From the NCBI GenBank assembly GCA_963761055.1, contig CAVXFO010000008.1, positions 68,754 to 132,753 of the forward strand: a DNA stretch of 64,000 nucleotides, read 5' to 3'. This document shows positions 39,142 to 49,932 of this stretch, piece by piece. The position numbers and the translations under genes were made by a program. This DNA comes from an uncultured Actinomycetes bacterium (GTDB taxonomy: Bacteria > Actinomycetota > Acidimicrobiia > IMCC26256 > PALSA-610). Under the pieces are notes generated by a model. It was not told the DNA's origin, made no database searches, and saw only the letters and a list, made by a program, of their open reading frames with translations. The number at the start of each line of letters is the position of its first letter. Within the stretch, counting starts at the first letter, position 1.

Positions 39142-41166
39142 GTGAAGACGTTCCCGACCGCGAGGATTCGCAACGTGGCGCTCGTCGGCCACGGTGGCGC
39201 CGGGAAGACGTCGTTAGCCGAAGCCCTGCTCTTCGACGCGGGCGTCATCGTCCGGATGGGCCGCGTCGAAGACGGCTCCACGGTCTGCGACTTCGACCCC
39301 GAGGAGCAACGGCGCAACATCTCCGTGTCGCTGGCGCTCGCGCCCTTCGAGCTCGACGGCCACAAGGTCAACATCCTCGACGCGCCCGGCTACGCGGATT
39401 TCGTCGGCGACGTCGCCGCCGCGATCCAGGCGGCCGACCTCGCCCTGTTCGTCGTATCCGCGGTCGAGGGCGTCGAAGTCCAGACCGAGATCGCGTGGAA
39501 GCTCGCCGAGCAACGGGGGCTGCCACGAGCGATCTTCGTCAACAAGCTCGACCGTGAACGCGCGTCGTTCTCGCGCACGCTCGACGACTTGAAGGCGAAG
39601 TTCGGCGCCGGCGTCGCGCCGCTGCAACTCCCGCTCGGCGAGGAGGCCGACCTCGCCGGCGTCATCGATCTCCTGAACGACGTGGCCGTCACGTACACCG
39701 GCGCCGCGTCGAAGGGCACGGAAGGCCCCGTCCCCGACGCGATCGAGTCGGAAGAGCACGCGGTGCACGATGCGCTCGTCGAGGGCATCGTCGTCGGCGA
39801 CGATGATCTCATGGAGCGCTACCTCGGCGACGAGACGATCGAGATCGCCGAGCTGGCGCGCGCGCTCGCGGCAGGCGTGGCGTCGGCGAGCGTCTTCCCG
39901 GTCCTGTGCGGAAGCGCAACGAAGCTCGTCGGCATCGACCGCCTTGCGAAGTTCCTCGTCGAGGAAGCCCCCGCGCCGTCACTCGACGGCGACCAGCCTG
40001 GCGCCCTCGTGTTCAAGACGATGGTCGACCCCTACGTCGGTCACGTGAACCTGTTCAAGGTCCTGCGAGGGACGGTCAAGCATGACGACGTGCTCACGAA
40101 CTCCCGATCGAAGACCGACGAACGCATGCACCAGTTGTTCTCGATGCGGGGCAAGGAACAAGACACCGTGAGCGAGGTTGCCGCAGGCGACATCGCCGCG
40201 GTCGCCAAACTCACCCACACCGCGACCGGCGACGTGTTGTGCACCAAGGGCACCTCCCTCGAGGTCGACGTCCTACCCGCGCCCGAACCGCGGCTCGCGG
40301 TCGCCATTCACGCCAAGAGCAAGGCCGACGAGGACAAGCTTGCCAACGCGCTTCACCGCCTGCAAGAGGAAGACCCGGTGCTGCGCATCGAACGGAATCC
40401 CGAGACGCACCAGACGGTGCTGCGCGGCATGGGCGAAACCCACCTCTCGATCGCGACCGAGAAGCTCGCGCGCAAGTTCGGTGTCGAGGTCGAGACCGAC
40501 GACGTGCACGTGGCGTACCGCGAGACGATCAGCGGCACCGCGGAAGCCGAAGGCCGGCTGAAGAAGCAGAGCGGCGGGCACGGGCAGTTCGCGGTCGCGT
40601 GGCTGCGGGTCGAACCGAAGGAACGCGGGAGCGGCGACGAGTTCGTCGACGCGATCGTCGGCGGGGTCATACCCCGCAACTTCATCCCCGCGGTCGAAAA
40701 GGGCGTCACCGAAACCGAGGAGCACGGCGGCGCGCTCGGCTTCCCCGTCGTCGACGTGAAGGTCACGTGCTTCGACGGGAAGCATCATCCCGTCGACAGC
40801 TCGGAGATGGCGTTCAAGACCGCGGCCGCGATGGGTCTGCGCGATGCGCTCGCGCACGCGAACCCGGTGTTGCTCGAACCGGTGAGCGAGCTCGTCGTCG
40901 TGGTCCCCGAAGTCAGCCAGGGCGACATCATGGGCGACCTCAACGCCAAGCGGGGCCGCATCCAGGGATCGGCATCACTCGGAGGCGGCGAGGTCGAGAT
41001 CACGGCGCACGTGCCGACGTCGGAGATGCTGCGCTACGCGATCGACCTCCGTTCGATGACGGGCGGCCGGGGCCGGTTCACCGTGGAGCACTCGCACTAC
41101 GACCCGGTGCCTGCGCACCTCGTCGACAAGCTCGTCGCCGGGCACAAGGAACCCGTTCGCGCGTGA
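39142..41166 (+). CDS. Elongation factor G paralogue (EF-G-2 / EF-G-like class)
   Basis: From the GTG at 39142: VKTFPTARIRNVALVGHGGAGKTSLAEALL (G1), ILDAPGYADFVGDV (G3 with Tyr in place of the canonical His), NKLD (G4), then domains II-V (...GGHGQFA...DSSEMAFKTAA...). The 5' 350 codons of the 1028-aa ORF are antisense to pgsA and are not part of the gene. Confidence 0.85.
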   Translation: MKTFPTARIRNVALVGHGGAGKTSLAEALLFDAGVIVRMGRVEDGSTVCDFDPEEQRRNISVSLALAPFELDGHKVNILDAPGYADFVGDVAAAIQAADLALFVVSAVEGVEVQTEIAWKLAEQRGLPRAIFVNKLDRERASFSRTLDDLKAKFGAGVAPLQLPLGEEADLAGVIDLLNDVAVTYTGAASKGTEGPVPDAIESEEHAVHDALVEGIVVGDDDLMERYLGDETIEIAELARALAAGVASASVFPVLCGSATKLVGIDRLAKFLVEEAPAPSLDGDQPGALVFKTMVDPYVGHVNLFKVLRGTVKHDDVLTNSRSKTDERMHQLFSMRGKEQDTVSEVAAGDIAAVAKLTHTATGDVLCTKGTSLEVDVLPAPEPRLAVAIHAKSKADEDKLANALHRLQEEDPVLRIERNPETHQTVLRGMGETHLSIATEKLARKFGVEVETDDVHVAYRETISGTAEAEGRLKKQSGGHGQFAVAWLRVEPKERGSGDEFVDAIVGGVIPRNFIPAVEKGVTETEEHGGALGFPVVDVKVTCFDGKHHPVDSSEMAFKTAAAMGLRDALAHANPVLLEPVSELVVVVPEVSQGDIMGDLNAKRGRIQGSASLGGGEVEITAHVPTSEMLRYAIDLRSMTGGRGRFTVEHSHYDPVPAHLVDKLVAGHKEPVRA

Positions 41167-41206
41167 GCCCGGGCGTCGACGCGCGGCACCGCTCCTCGTC
41201 CAGCCA

Positions 41207-41255
41207 CCAACAGTTGTCGGAGATCTCCGCACCATGCGCGGAGAAGTCCGGCAAC
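41207..41255. repeat. Palindromic intergenic element (CCAACAGTTGTCGGA family) between convergent genes; possible bidirectional terminator
   Basis: CCAACAGTTGTCGGAGATCTCCGCAC-CAT-GCGCGGAGAAGTCCGGCAAC. The 20-nt arms pair at 16/20 positions. The inner GGAGATCTCC is itself a perfect palindrome. Confidence 0.75.
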
Positions 41256-41272
41256 GCAGGTCCGCCGTAGCG

Positions 41273-41779
41273 CTACCGCGGGTACTGGGTCCAGTCCTCA
41301 GGGTTGTTCTCGGTGTACTCGCCGAGCACGTGACCGTCGACTGCGTCGAGCTCGACCAGACCGCGCACGCTGGGGGGTTCGTCGGCGCTGTAGACGAGGA
41401 TCCGCCAGGCCGGCCGCGACCGCAGACCGCGCCACGCGAGTTGGGCCGACGCATGACCAACCGGGAACCCGACCGCGCGGCTCGCCACCGCGAGCGCTTC
41501 GATCTGATCGATCTTCAAGGGCCAGCCCGCGAGGAAGTGGTACCCGGCGATCGCCGCGAGCAGGACCGCGCCGAACACGAGGCCGGCATTCGCGCTGGCG
41601 AGGCCGGCCCAGAGCGCCAGGCCGGCCAGAACCAGATAGATCCCGCCCGCGATGCGGCGGCGCTTGATGTCGGGGAACACGTACGGCCCGACGAACGCGG
41701 TGATGTCGAGATCCTCCGGAAGCTCGTCGCCCCCGTGATCGCCTCCGTCGTCGCTTCCGTCCCGCGGCCCCTCGTTCAC
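41273..41779 (-). CDS. Hypothetical membrane protein
   Basis: 168 aa with an acidic N-terminus and two predicted TM segments (GGIYLVLAGLALWAGLA, LVFGAVLLAAIAGYHFLAGW). I recognise no family. Confidence 0.5.
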   Translation of the reverse strand: MNEGPRDGSDDGGDHGGDELPEDLDITAFVGPYVFPDIKRRRIAGGIYLVLAGLALWAGLASANAGLVFGAVLLAAIAGYHFLAGWPLKIDQIEALAVASRAVGFPVGHASAQLAWRGLRSRPAWRILVYSADEPPSVRGLVELDAVDGHVLGEYTENNPEDWTQYPR

Positions 41780-41789
41780 CGGGAGGACG

Positions 41790-42287
41790 CTACCCGGGCC
41801 ACGCGGCTTTCAGCTTGTCGTAGCCGTTGCGAAGGCTCTCCGGGAGCACTCGGGCCTCGCCGATCGAGGTCATGAAGTTCGTGTCGCCCTCCCACCTCGG
41901 GAGCACGTGGACGTGGAGATGACCGGGCACCCCCGCCCCCGCGGCCCGGCCGAGGTTCGCGCCCGTGTTCGCGCCGTCCGGCGAGTAGACCGTGCGGATC
42001 GCGCGCAGGGCCCGGACCTGGGCGCGCGCGATCGCGATGTTCACGCCGTCGTCGAAGTCGTCGAACGCGGCGGCGTGGCGGGTCGGCGCGACCATGAGAT
42101 GGCCCGAGCCGTAGGGATACAGGTTCATCACCGTGATCGTGTCGGTGGTGCGCTCGAGCACGAGCGCCTCGGCATCGTCGGTCGCGGCGACGAGGTTGCA
42201 GAACACGCAACCGACCTTCTCCCGCTCCGCGTCGGCGCTCGACACGTACGCGGAACGCCAGTCGGCCCACAAACGCTCGAGACCCAC
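41790..42287 (-). CDS. HIT family protein (Ap4A phosphorylase-like)
   Basis: 165 aa with CVFC, the histidine triad GHLHVHVLPRW, and a position between thrS and pgsA as in mycobacteria. Confidence 0.85.
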   Translation of the reverse strand: MGLERLWADWRSAYVSSADAEREKVGCVFCNLVAATDDAEALVLERTTDTITVMNLYPYGSGHLMVAPTRHAAAFDDFDDGVNIAIARAQVRALRAIRTVYSPDGANTGANLGRAAGAGVPGHLHVHVLPRWEGDTNFMTSIGEARVLPESLRNGYDKLKAAWPG

Positions 42288-42294
42288 CGCCGCG

Positions 42295-44319
42295 CTACCC
42301 GTGCTCGAGGACTTCGGCTGCCAGTCGCTCCGCGAACGCGTCCAGCTTCACGTCGCGCTCGGGATTGTTGGTCCCTCGCGCGTTCACGCCGACCGTGCCG
42401 TTCTCGGCATCGGTGTCGCCGACCACGAGGATGTACGGCACCTTGTCGGTCTTCGCCTTGCGGATGCGTGCTCCGAGACTGCCCGCGGAACCATCGACCA
42501 TCTCCGCGCGGAAGCCTTCGGCCTTGAGGCGGTCGACCACTCGGAACCCGTACGCCTCGTTGCGGTCACTCACCGGCAACACGGTGGTCTGCACGGGAGC
42601 CAGCCAGGCCGGGAACGCGCCCGCGTAGTGTTCGAGCAGCACCGCGAAGAAGCGCTCGATCGTCCCGAACAGCGCGCGGTGGATCATGATCGGCTGGTGG
42701 CGTTCGTTGTCGGCGCCGGTGTACTCCATCCCGAATCGCTGTGGCAGCTGGAAGTCGACCTGGATCGTCGACATCTGCCACGTACGCCCGATCGCGTCCT
42801 TCGCCTGCACGCTGATCTTGGGGCCGTAGAACGCGCCCCCTCCCTCGTCGAGCACGAGGTCGAGGTTCTTGCTCGACGCGGCGACACGCAGCGCCTCCGT
42901 CGCCTCCTCCCACTCGTCGTCGCGCCCGACGGCCTTGCCCTCGGGCTTGGTCGAGAGCTCCAGGTAGAAATCGGTGAGCCCGTAGTCGCGTAACACGTCG
43001 AGGACGAAGTCGAGCAACGACGACAACTCCCCCGCCATCTGCTCTTTCGTGCAGAAGATGTGCGCGTCGTCCTGGGTCATGCCCCGCACGCGGGTGAGGC
43101 CGTGGACGACGCCCGACTTCTCGTAGCGGTACACCGTCCCGAACTCGAACATTCGCAGGGGCAACTCGCGGTACGAACGCGTGCGGTGCTGGAAGATCAG
43201 GATGTGGAACGGGCAGTTCATGGGCTTCAGGTAATAGTTCGTACCCTCGTTGTTCTGGCCGCCCTCGTCGAGATGGAGCGGCGGGAACATCGACTCCGCG
43301 AACCAGTCGAGGTGCCCCGAGATCTCGAACAGCTTCGACTTGGTGATGTGCGGCGAGTTGACGAACTCGTAGCCCGCCGCCTCGTGCCGTTCGCGCGAGT
43401 ACTCCTCCATGATCCGCCGCACCCTTGCGCCCTTGGGATGGAAGACCGCGAGCCCGGACCCGATCTCCTCCGGGAACGAGAACAGATCGAGTTCCACTCC
43501 GAGTTTGCGGTGGTCGCGCCGTTCGGCTTCCTCCAGGCGGTGCAGGTACTCGGCGAGCGCGGCCTTCGACTCCCACGCGGTGCCGTAGATGCGCTGCAGC
43601 ATCGGGCCCTTCTCGTTGCCGCGCCAGTACGCGCCCGCAACCTTCTGGAGCTTGAACACCCCGAGCTTGCCGGTGGAGGGCACGTGCGGTCCCCGGCACA
43701 GGTCGGTGAACTCGACCTCGGTGGTGCCGTCGGCTTCGGTCACCACGTTGCGATACACCGACACGCCCGCGCCGTCGCCGCCCGCCTCGCCCGCGTCCGC
43801 GTCGTCCGCGGCGCCGCTGCGTACCTTCTCGATGATCTCGCGCTTGTACGGCTGGTCCCCGAAGAGCAGGAGGGCGTCGTCGAAGGAAAGTTCGGTGCGT
43901 TCGAAGCGTTGGTCGGCCTTGACGATCGCGCGCATCTCGGCCTCGATCCGGGCGAGGTCGTCGTCGCTGAAGGTCTCGCCGTTCGGCAGGTCGAAGTCGT
44001 AGTAGAACCCGTCGGCGATCGAGGGGCCGATCGCAACCTTCGCGCCCGGGAACAGGCAGGTGACCGCTTCGGCCATGACGTCCGCGGTCGAATGGCGCAG
44101 GACCTCGCGGCCGTCGTCGCTGCCGGGGACGACGATCTGCAGCGCGACGTCGTGGTCGAGCGGGCGACCGAGATCGATCCATTCGCCGTCGGCCTTGGCC
44201 GCGATGGCCGCCTTGGCCAGGCCCGTGCCGATCGACGCCGCGACCTCGGCGGCCGTCGTTCCCGACGCGTACTCCCGGCTCGACCCATCGGGCAGCTTGA
44301 CCGTGATCTGCGCGCTCAT
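42295..44319 (-). CDS. thrS: Threonine--tRNA ligase
   Basis: Intact 674 aa with the TGS domain (ITVKLPDGS), the editing-domain region (LRHSTADVM, where the usual HSxAHxL motif sits), class II motifs (FRDEQ-like [15 protein letters not shown]), and the anticodon domain. Confidence 0.93.
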   Translation of the reverse strand: MSAQITVKLPDGSSREYASGTTAAEVAASIGTGLAKAAIAAKADGEWIDLGRPLDHDVALQIVVPGSDDGREVLRHSTADVMAEAVTCLFPGAKVAIGPSIADGFYYDFDLPNGETFSDDDLARIEAEMRAIVKADQRFERTELSFDDALLLFGDQPYKREIIEKVRSGAADDADAGEAGGDGAGVSVYRNVVTEADGTTEVEFTDLCRGPHVPSTGKLGVFKLQKVAGAYWRGNEKGPMLQRIYGTAWESKAALAEYLHRLEEAERRDHRKLGVELDLFSFPEEIGSGLAVFHPKGARVRRIMEEYSRERHEAAGYEFVNSPHITKSKLFEISGHLDWFAESMFPPLHLDEGGQNNEGTNYYLKPMNCPFHILIFQHRTRSYRELPLRMFEFGTVYRYEKSGVVHGLTRVRGMTQDDAHIFCTKEQMAGELSSLLDFVLDVLRDYGLTDFYLELSTKPEGKAVGRDDEWEEATEALRVAASSKNLDLVLDEGGGAFYGPKISVQAKDAIGRTWQMSTIQVDFQLPQRFGMEYTGADNERHQPIMIHRALFGTIERFFAVLLEHYAGAFPAWLAPVQTTVLPVSDRNEAYGFRVVDRLKAEGFRAEMVDGSAGSLGARIRKAKTDKVPYILVVGDTDAENGTVGVNARGTNNPERDVKLDAFAERLAAEVLEHG

Positions 44320-44338
44320 GATGTCTCTATCCGCGAAA

Positions 44339-44428
44339 GTTGGGGATGGGGAAGTTGGGGATGGGGAAGTTGGGGATGGGGAAGTTGGGGATGGGGAGGT
44401 TGGGAATGGGGAAGTCGGGAACGGCGGG
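44339..44428. repeat. 15-bp tandem repeat, about 6 copies, G-tract-rich on the + strand
   Basis: GTTGGGGATGGGGAA occurs three times exactly (44339-44383). Degenerate copies follow: GTTGGGGATGGGGAG, GTTGGGAATGGGGAA, GTCGGGAACGGCGGG. The repeat ends 20 nt upstream of the thrS ATG. Confidence 0.95.
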
Positions 44429-44474
44429 AGATGCCGATCGAGGCTACCAACGACAGGTTTCCCGTCCGCGCCTA

Positions 44475-45674
44475 TTACTCGCCCCGATTGGCGTCGATGA
44501 TCGGACGTTCGAGGTCGACGCCCAGCAGCTGCCCGAGCTCGCAGAGCGTGGTGTGCGCGGCCGGATCATCACCGCCGGAGAGGATCGCGCTGGCGAGGTC
44601 GTCGAGCGCATCGAGCGCACGAGGCGTGTCGAGATCGTCGTCGATCGCGTCGCGCACACGTTGGGCGAACGGACGCGGATCCGGGCCGGTCGGGCTCGCG
44701 GCCGCGGCGAGCAACCGGTGCAACAGCGCGGTGCCCTCTTCGAGGTCGGTGTGGTACCACTCGAAGCCGTGGCGGTAATGGTGGCGCATCAGCGCGAGCC
44801 GCACCGCGCGGGGATCGGCCGTCTTCAGCAACTCGTCGACGAAGACGAGGTTGCCGAGTGACTTCGACATCTTCTCGCCCTCGTAGTTGACCATCGCCGA
44901 GTGCAGCCAGTGCGTGACGAAGGGCTTGCCCGTGAGGCTCTCGCTCTGCGCGATCTCACTCTCGTGGTGCGGGAAGATGAGGTCGGTGCCGCCGCCGTGC
45001 AGGTCGATCGTGGGGCCGTGCTCGTGCATCGCCATCGCCGAGCACTCGATGTGCCAACCGGGACGGCCGACGCCGAACGGCGCACGCCACGCGGGCTCGT
45101 CGGCGAGTGACGGCTGCCACAACACGAAGTCCAGCGGACTCCGGCGGTGTGGATCGTCGGGATTACCGCCCCGGGCGCGAGCCAGGCGCACCATCTGTTC
45201 TTCGGAATACTGCGAGAGCTCGCCGTAGCGCGGAAAGCTGGAGACGTCGAAGTACGCCGTGCCATGGGTGAGGTACACGTTCCCGGCCTCGAGCAACTGC
45301 CCGACGAGCTCGATGATGAGGTCGATCGACTCCGTCGCCCGCGGCTCGGCCGCGGGTGGCCGCATCTCGAGCGCTTCCATGTCGCGGTGGAACCGCGCCA
45401 TCTCCGCCTCGGCCAGCTCGAGATACGGGACGCCGAGCTCACGGGCCTTGGGCAGGATCGAATCGTCGACGTCGGTGACGTTGCGGACGTAGCTGACCTC
45501 GTGCCCGAGCTCCTCGAGCCGACGGATCAAGAGGTCGTAGGTGAGGTAGGTCGCCGCGTGCCCGAGGTGCGTCGAGTCGTAGGGCGTGATCCCGCAGACA
45601 TACAGGCGTACGGTGTGCGGCGGCTCGAAGGGAACGACCGCACGCCGGGCGGTGTCGTAGAGGCGCAAGCTCAC
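44475..45674 (-). CDS. mshC: Cysteine:1D-myo-inosityl 2-amino-2-deoxy-alpha-D-glucopyranoside ligase (mycothiol ligase MshC; CysRS paralogue)
   Basis: 399 aa, with [17 protein letters not shown] (HIGH), KMSKSLGN, no CysRS-length anticodon domain, and the C-terminus [15 protein letters not shown]...LLGVDL as in MshC (from memory). Confidence 0.78.
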   Translation of the reverse strand: MSLRLYDTARRAVVPFEPPHTVRLYVCGITPYDSTHLGHAATYLTYDLLIRRLEELGHEVSYVRNVTDVDDSILPKARELGVPYLELAEAEMARFHRDMEALEMRPPAAEPRATESIDLIIELVGQLLEAGNVYLTHGTAYFDVSSFPRYGELSQYSEEQMVRLARARGGNPDDPHRRSPLDFVLWQPSLADEPAWRAPFGVGRPGWHIECSAMAMHEHGPTIDLHGGGTDLIFPHHESEIAQSESLTGKPFVTHWLHSAMVNYEGEKMSKSLGNLVFVDELLKTADPRAVRLALMRHHYRHGFEWYHTDLEEGTALLHRLLAAAASPTGPDPRPFAQRVRDAIDDDLDTPRALDALDDLASAILSGGDDPAAHTTLCELGQLLGVDLERPIIDANRGE

Positions 45675-45746
45675 GGGCGAACCCTACCGCCCGTCGCGGA
45701 CGAACCAGGCCCGATCAGCTGCACCCGGACCCGGGTTCGGCTTCGA

Positions 45747-46400
45747 TCAAACCGACGTGAGCCGCAGGCTCGCTCGCATCTTGTGCCGGATGTTCACGGT
45801 CAACAAGACCGCGGCGAATGTCTCCATGCCGACCGCGTTGCGCAGCGAGCCACCATCGAGCGGGCGCAGCCGGGGAATGCTGCTCGTGATCTCCATCACT
45901 GTTCCCTTGGCCTCGTCGTCGTCGCCGAGCACGATGACGTCACTCGACATCTCGTGGTCGATCTCGCCGAACTCGGCCGCCGGGACAAGATGAAACGCGG
46001 TGCACACACGCGACCGCCACAGCAGGGCCTGGATCTCGGCGGCGACCGAGCCGTGCGGCGGAAGCACCACGTTGAATTCGTTGCCGTGCTTGACGAGATT
46101 GTTCGCCATCGACACGACGATCTTGCCCGCGAGCCGGTCGGCGTGTTCCTGCACCGTGGGGATCGCCGACTCGGCGTGCACCGCGAGGATCACCACCGGC
46201 GCATCGCAAGCCCACGCGTTGTCGCAGGCGATCAACCGCCCCGACACGCGGTCGCCCCACTCCTTCTCCAACTCGTCGACGGCAGTGCGGGCCTTGTCGA
46301 CCGCCCGCGACCCGAACAGCACCTCATGACCGACGCTCGCGAGCCGCGCCGCCAAGCCGCCGCCCGCAGGACCGGTCGCCCCCAGAATTCCGATTCGCAT
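45747..46400 (-). CDS. NADPH-dependent F420 reductase-like oxidoreductase (NpdG/Fno family)
   Basis: 217 aa, with the Rossmann motif MRIGILGATGPAGGGLAARLA. Overall length and layout fit the F420-dependent NADP oxidoreductase family. The assignment is by resemblance only. Confidence 0.65.
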   Translation of the reverse strand: MRIGILGATGPAGGGLAARLASVGHEVLFGSRAVDKARTAVDELEKEWGDRVSGRLIACDNAWACDAPVVILAVHAESAIPTVQEHADRLAGKIVVSMANNLVKHGNEFNVVLPPHGSVAAEIQALLWRSRVCTAFHLVPAAEFGEIDHEMSSDVIVLGDDDEAKGTVMEITSSIPRLRPLDGGSLRNAVGMETFAAVLLTVNIRHKMRASLRLTSV

Positions 46401-46450
46401 CCGGAGAGACTAGACGGGAGGGCCGGAGCGGTGACCGGGTGTTCCGCGTA

Positions 46451-49400
46451 CTAGGCGATGCATTCGGCGCCGAAGAGGATCCGAAGCTCCGCGAAGAGCC
46501 CGTTTCGGGCCTCGCACTTGAACTCGTCGCCGAGGCGGAGGTCCGTCTCCTTCTCGGGACCGATGAGGGTGAGCAGCACGGGGCTGTCGCCCGGATTCGC
46601 GGCCAGGAGCTCGCGCAACCGCTCGACCCGCTCGTCGGTCAGGACGCCGGCCTTGATCCGGAGCTTGAGCGGCGCGCCGGAGTCGGAGTGGATCTCGGGC
46701 CGGGTGATGTCCATCGCCATGAGCTTCGGCGTGTCGTCGCGGCCGTCGACGCGGCCGCGAATGGTCACGATCGCATCGGGCGCGAGCAACTCGCCGTACG
46801 TGAGCATCGTCTTCGGGAAGACCATCACCTCGATAGAGGCCGCGAGGTCCTCGAGCACGAACGTCGCCATGAGGTCGCCGCGCTTGGTGTACTTACGTGA
46901 CAGCGCGGTGACGACACCCGCGACCGTGCGCATCGAACCGTCTTCCAACTCGCTCAGGTCGGAGATCGAGCATTCGACCAATCGGCGCAACGCGCTTTCG
47001 ACGCCCATGAGCGGATGGTCGCTCACGTAGAGGCCGAGCATGTCTTTTTCGGCGCGCAACCGCTCGGCCTTGTCGAACTCGACGTCGGGGATCGCAAGCC
47101 GGTCGTCGAACACGGGCGAATCGTCGGCGTCACCGCCACCCAGGTCGAAGAGACTCATGGTCCCCGCGTCGCGCTCGCGCCGGCGCCGCAACGCGGCATC
47201 GACGGCCGCCTCGAAGACGTTCAGCAGTCCCTTGCGGGGATGGCCGAGCGAGTCGAAGCCGCCCCCGTTGATCAGCGACTCGATCGTGCGCTTGTTGAGG
47301 ACGTTGGCGTCGACCCGGTCGCAGAAATCGTGGAAGTCGGTGAACGCGCCACCGCGCTCGCGTTCCTCGATCAAGAGCGCAGAGACGCCCTCACCCACGT
47401 TCCGCACGGCCGAGAGACCGAAGCGGATCGCGTGACCCTCGCACGAGAAGTCGCTGAACGACGCGTTGACATCGGGGACGAGCACCGGGATCTCGAGTTG
47501 GCGGCACTCACCGAGGTACACCGCAGCCTTGTCGAGATTCGTCTTGACGCTCGTGAGCAGCGCGGCGAAGTACGCGACGGGATGGTTGGCCTTCAGCCAG
47601 GCGGTCTGATAGGTCACGAGGCCGTAGCCGACGCTGTGCGACTTGTTGAACGAGTAGTCGGCGAACGGCTCGATCGTCGTGAAGTACCTCTCCGCGAAGT
47701 CCTCGGAATGGCCGTTACGCACACAGCCCTCGACGAACTTCGAACGCTCCTTCGCGATCAGTTCGCGGATCTTCTTACCAGTGGCCTTGCGGAGGTTGTC
47801 GGCTTCTTCGAGGGAGTAGCCGGCGAGCTTCTGGGAGACTCGCATGAGCTGCTCTTGGTAGATCATCAGCCCGAACGTGGGGCCGAGGATCTCCTCGAGA
47901 TCGGGGTGGTCGAACGTGACCGGTCGGCGGCCGTTCTTGCGCTCCGCGTATTCCGTATGCCAGTTCTGCGCCATCGGACCGGGCCGGTACAGCGCAATGA
48001 CCGCGGCGACGTCTTCGAACGTGGTGGGCGCGAGGCGTAACAACAACGAGCGCAGCGGTCCGCCTTCGAGCTGGAACACACCGATCGTGTCGGCGCGGCG
48101 CAGCAGCTCGAAGGTCTTCTCGTCGTCGAGCGGAACGTCGTCGATGTCGGGCCGCGTCCCCGTGTTCTGCTCGATCAAGTCGAGTGCGATCTCGATGACG
48201 TCGAGGTTGCGCAGGCCGAGGAAGTCCATCTTCAACAGGCCGAGCTCTTCGACGCCGTGCATCTCGTACTGCGTCACCATCGGCGAGTCCTCGAGCGGCG
48301 TGTTCGGCTCGGGTTTGCGTTGGATCGGCAGGTACTCCGTGAGCGGTTCGCGCGTGATGACGACCGCAGCCGCGTGGATACCGTCTTGGCGGCGCAGGCC
48401 CTCGAGCCCGCTCGCCACGTCGATCACGCGCTTGGCGTCGGGGTCGACGTCGTAGAGCGAACGCAGGTCGGCGGCCATCTTGTAGCCGTCGGCGAAGCGT
48501 TCGTTCGGGGTGAGGCACGCGTGTAGCGGGGTGTCGCGCCCCATGATCAGAGGTGGCATCAGCTTCGCGATCTTGTCGCCGACCGCGTAGGGATAGCCGA
48601 GGACACGCGCCGGCATCGCGCACGGCGGCGCGGGCCTTGATCGTGGAGAAGGTGATGATCTGAGCGACATGGTCGTGCCCGTAACGTTGGGCCGCATAGC
48701 GGATCATCTCCCCCCGGTAGCGGGAGTCGAAGTCCATGTCGATGTCGGGCATCTGCTTGCGGCCCGGGTTGAGGAACCGCTCGAACAGCAGGTCGTACTT
48801 GATGGGGTCGATGTCGACGATGCGCAGGCAGTAGGCGACACACGAGCCGGCCGCGCTCCCCCGGCCCGGGCCGACGCGGATGTTGCGCGACTTCGCGTAG
48901 CGCACGAGGTCCCAGACGACGAGGAAATACGCCGGGAATCCCATCGACTTGATCACGTCGAGCTCGAACTCGATGCGCTCGATGACGTGGGGGGCCGGAG
49001 TCTGCCCGTAGCGCTCCCTGGCCCCCTCCATCGTGAGCTCGCGGAAGTAGGAGTTCTCGTCGTGCCCCTCGGGCACGGGGAACGCGGGCAGGATGGCCTG
49101 GCCGAACTCGATCTCGACGTCGGCGCGTTCGGCGATCAACAACGTGTTGTCGCACGCATCGGGCACTTCGGGGAACAACGCACGCATCTCGGCTGCGCTC
49201 TTGATATAGAAGTCGTCGCCGTCGAACTTGAACCGCTTCGGATCGCTCTGCAATGCACCCGTCTGCACGCACAGCAGCGCGTCGTGCGACTCCGCATCTT
49301 CCTTGTGGGTGTAGTGACTGTCGTTGGTCGCGAGCAGCGGCGCCTTCAGCTTGCGCGCGATGTCGAGGAGCGGGCGAATGACCCGGGCGTCGTCGGGGAT

Positions 49401-49932
49401 GCCGTGGTCTTGCAGCTCGACGAAGAAGTGCTCGCGCCCGAAGATCTCTTGGAACCGCGCCGCCGCGGTCGAGCGCGGCTTCGGGCTCGTCCTTCAAGAT
49501 CAGCTGAGACACGAGACCGCCGAGGCACCCGGTCGTCGCGGTGATGCCCTCGTGGTGGCGCTCGAGCAGCTCCCAGTCGCTGCGGGGCTTGTAGTAGTAG
49601 CCGTCGAGATACGCCGCGCTCGTGACCTTGATGAGGTTGCGGTAGCCCTCGTTCGTCTCCGCGAGCATCGTGAGATGGAAGATCTCGTGTTCGGAACGCT
49701 TCGGGCGCTCGAACCGCGACGTGTTGGTGAAGTAGCCCTCCATGCCGAGGACGGGCTTTATCCCGGCCTCTCGCGCGGCCTCGTAGAGCGGGAGAACTCC
49801 GTACATGTTGCCGTGGTCGGTGATCCCGACCGCAGGCTGACCGTCGGCTGCCGCCGCGGCCACCACCTCGCCGATCCGCGACGCCCCGTCGAGCATCGAG
49901 TACTCGGTGTGGAGGTGCAGATGGACGAACGA
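46451..49932 (-). CDS. dnaE: DNA polymerase III alpha subunit DnaE; two apparent frameshifts (near 49462 and near 48615) and no canonical start upstream of the PHP motif
   Basis: There are three frame segments. First: SFVHLHLHTEYSMLDGA...ITDHGNMYG...GGLVSQLILKDEPEAAL. Second: AAARFQEIFGREHFFVELQDHG...NDSHY...GPGRGSAAGS...PDIDMDF...TFSTIKARAAVRDA. Third: ARVLGYPYAVGDKI...DFLGLRNL...FNKSHSVGYG... to the stop at 46451. The span from the CTG at 49932 is 3n+2. Confidence 0.9.

Noticed and set aside
44339-44428. The possibility that the 15-bp repeat array is a CRISPR array.
   Set aside because: The repeats are directly tandem with no spacers, the unit is far too short, and no cas genes are in the window.
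44340-44861. An ORF starting [25 protein letters not shown], which looks like a repeat peptide.
   Set aside because: It is simply the 15-bp DNA repeat read in frame, followed by sequence antisense to mshC. There is no independent coding evidence.
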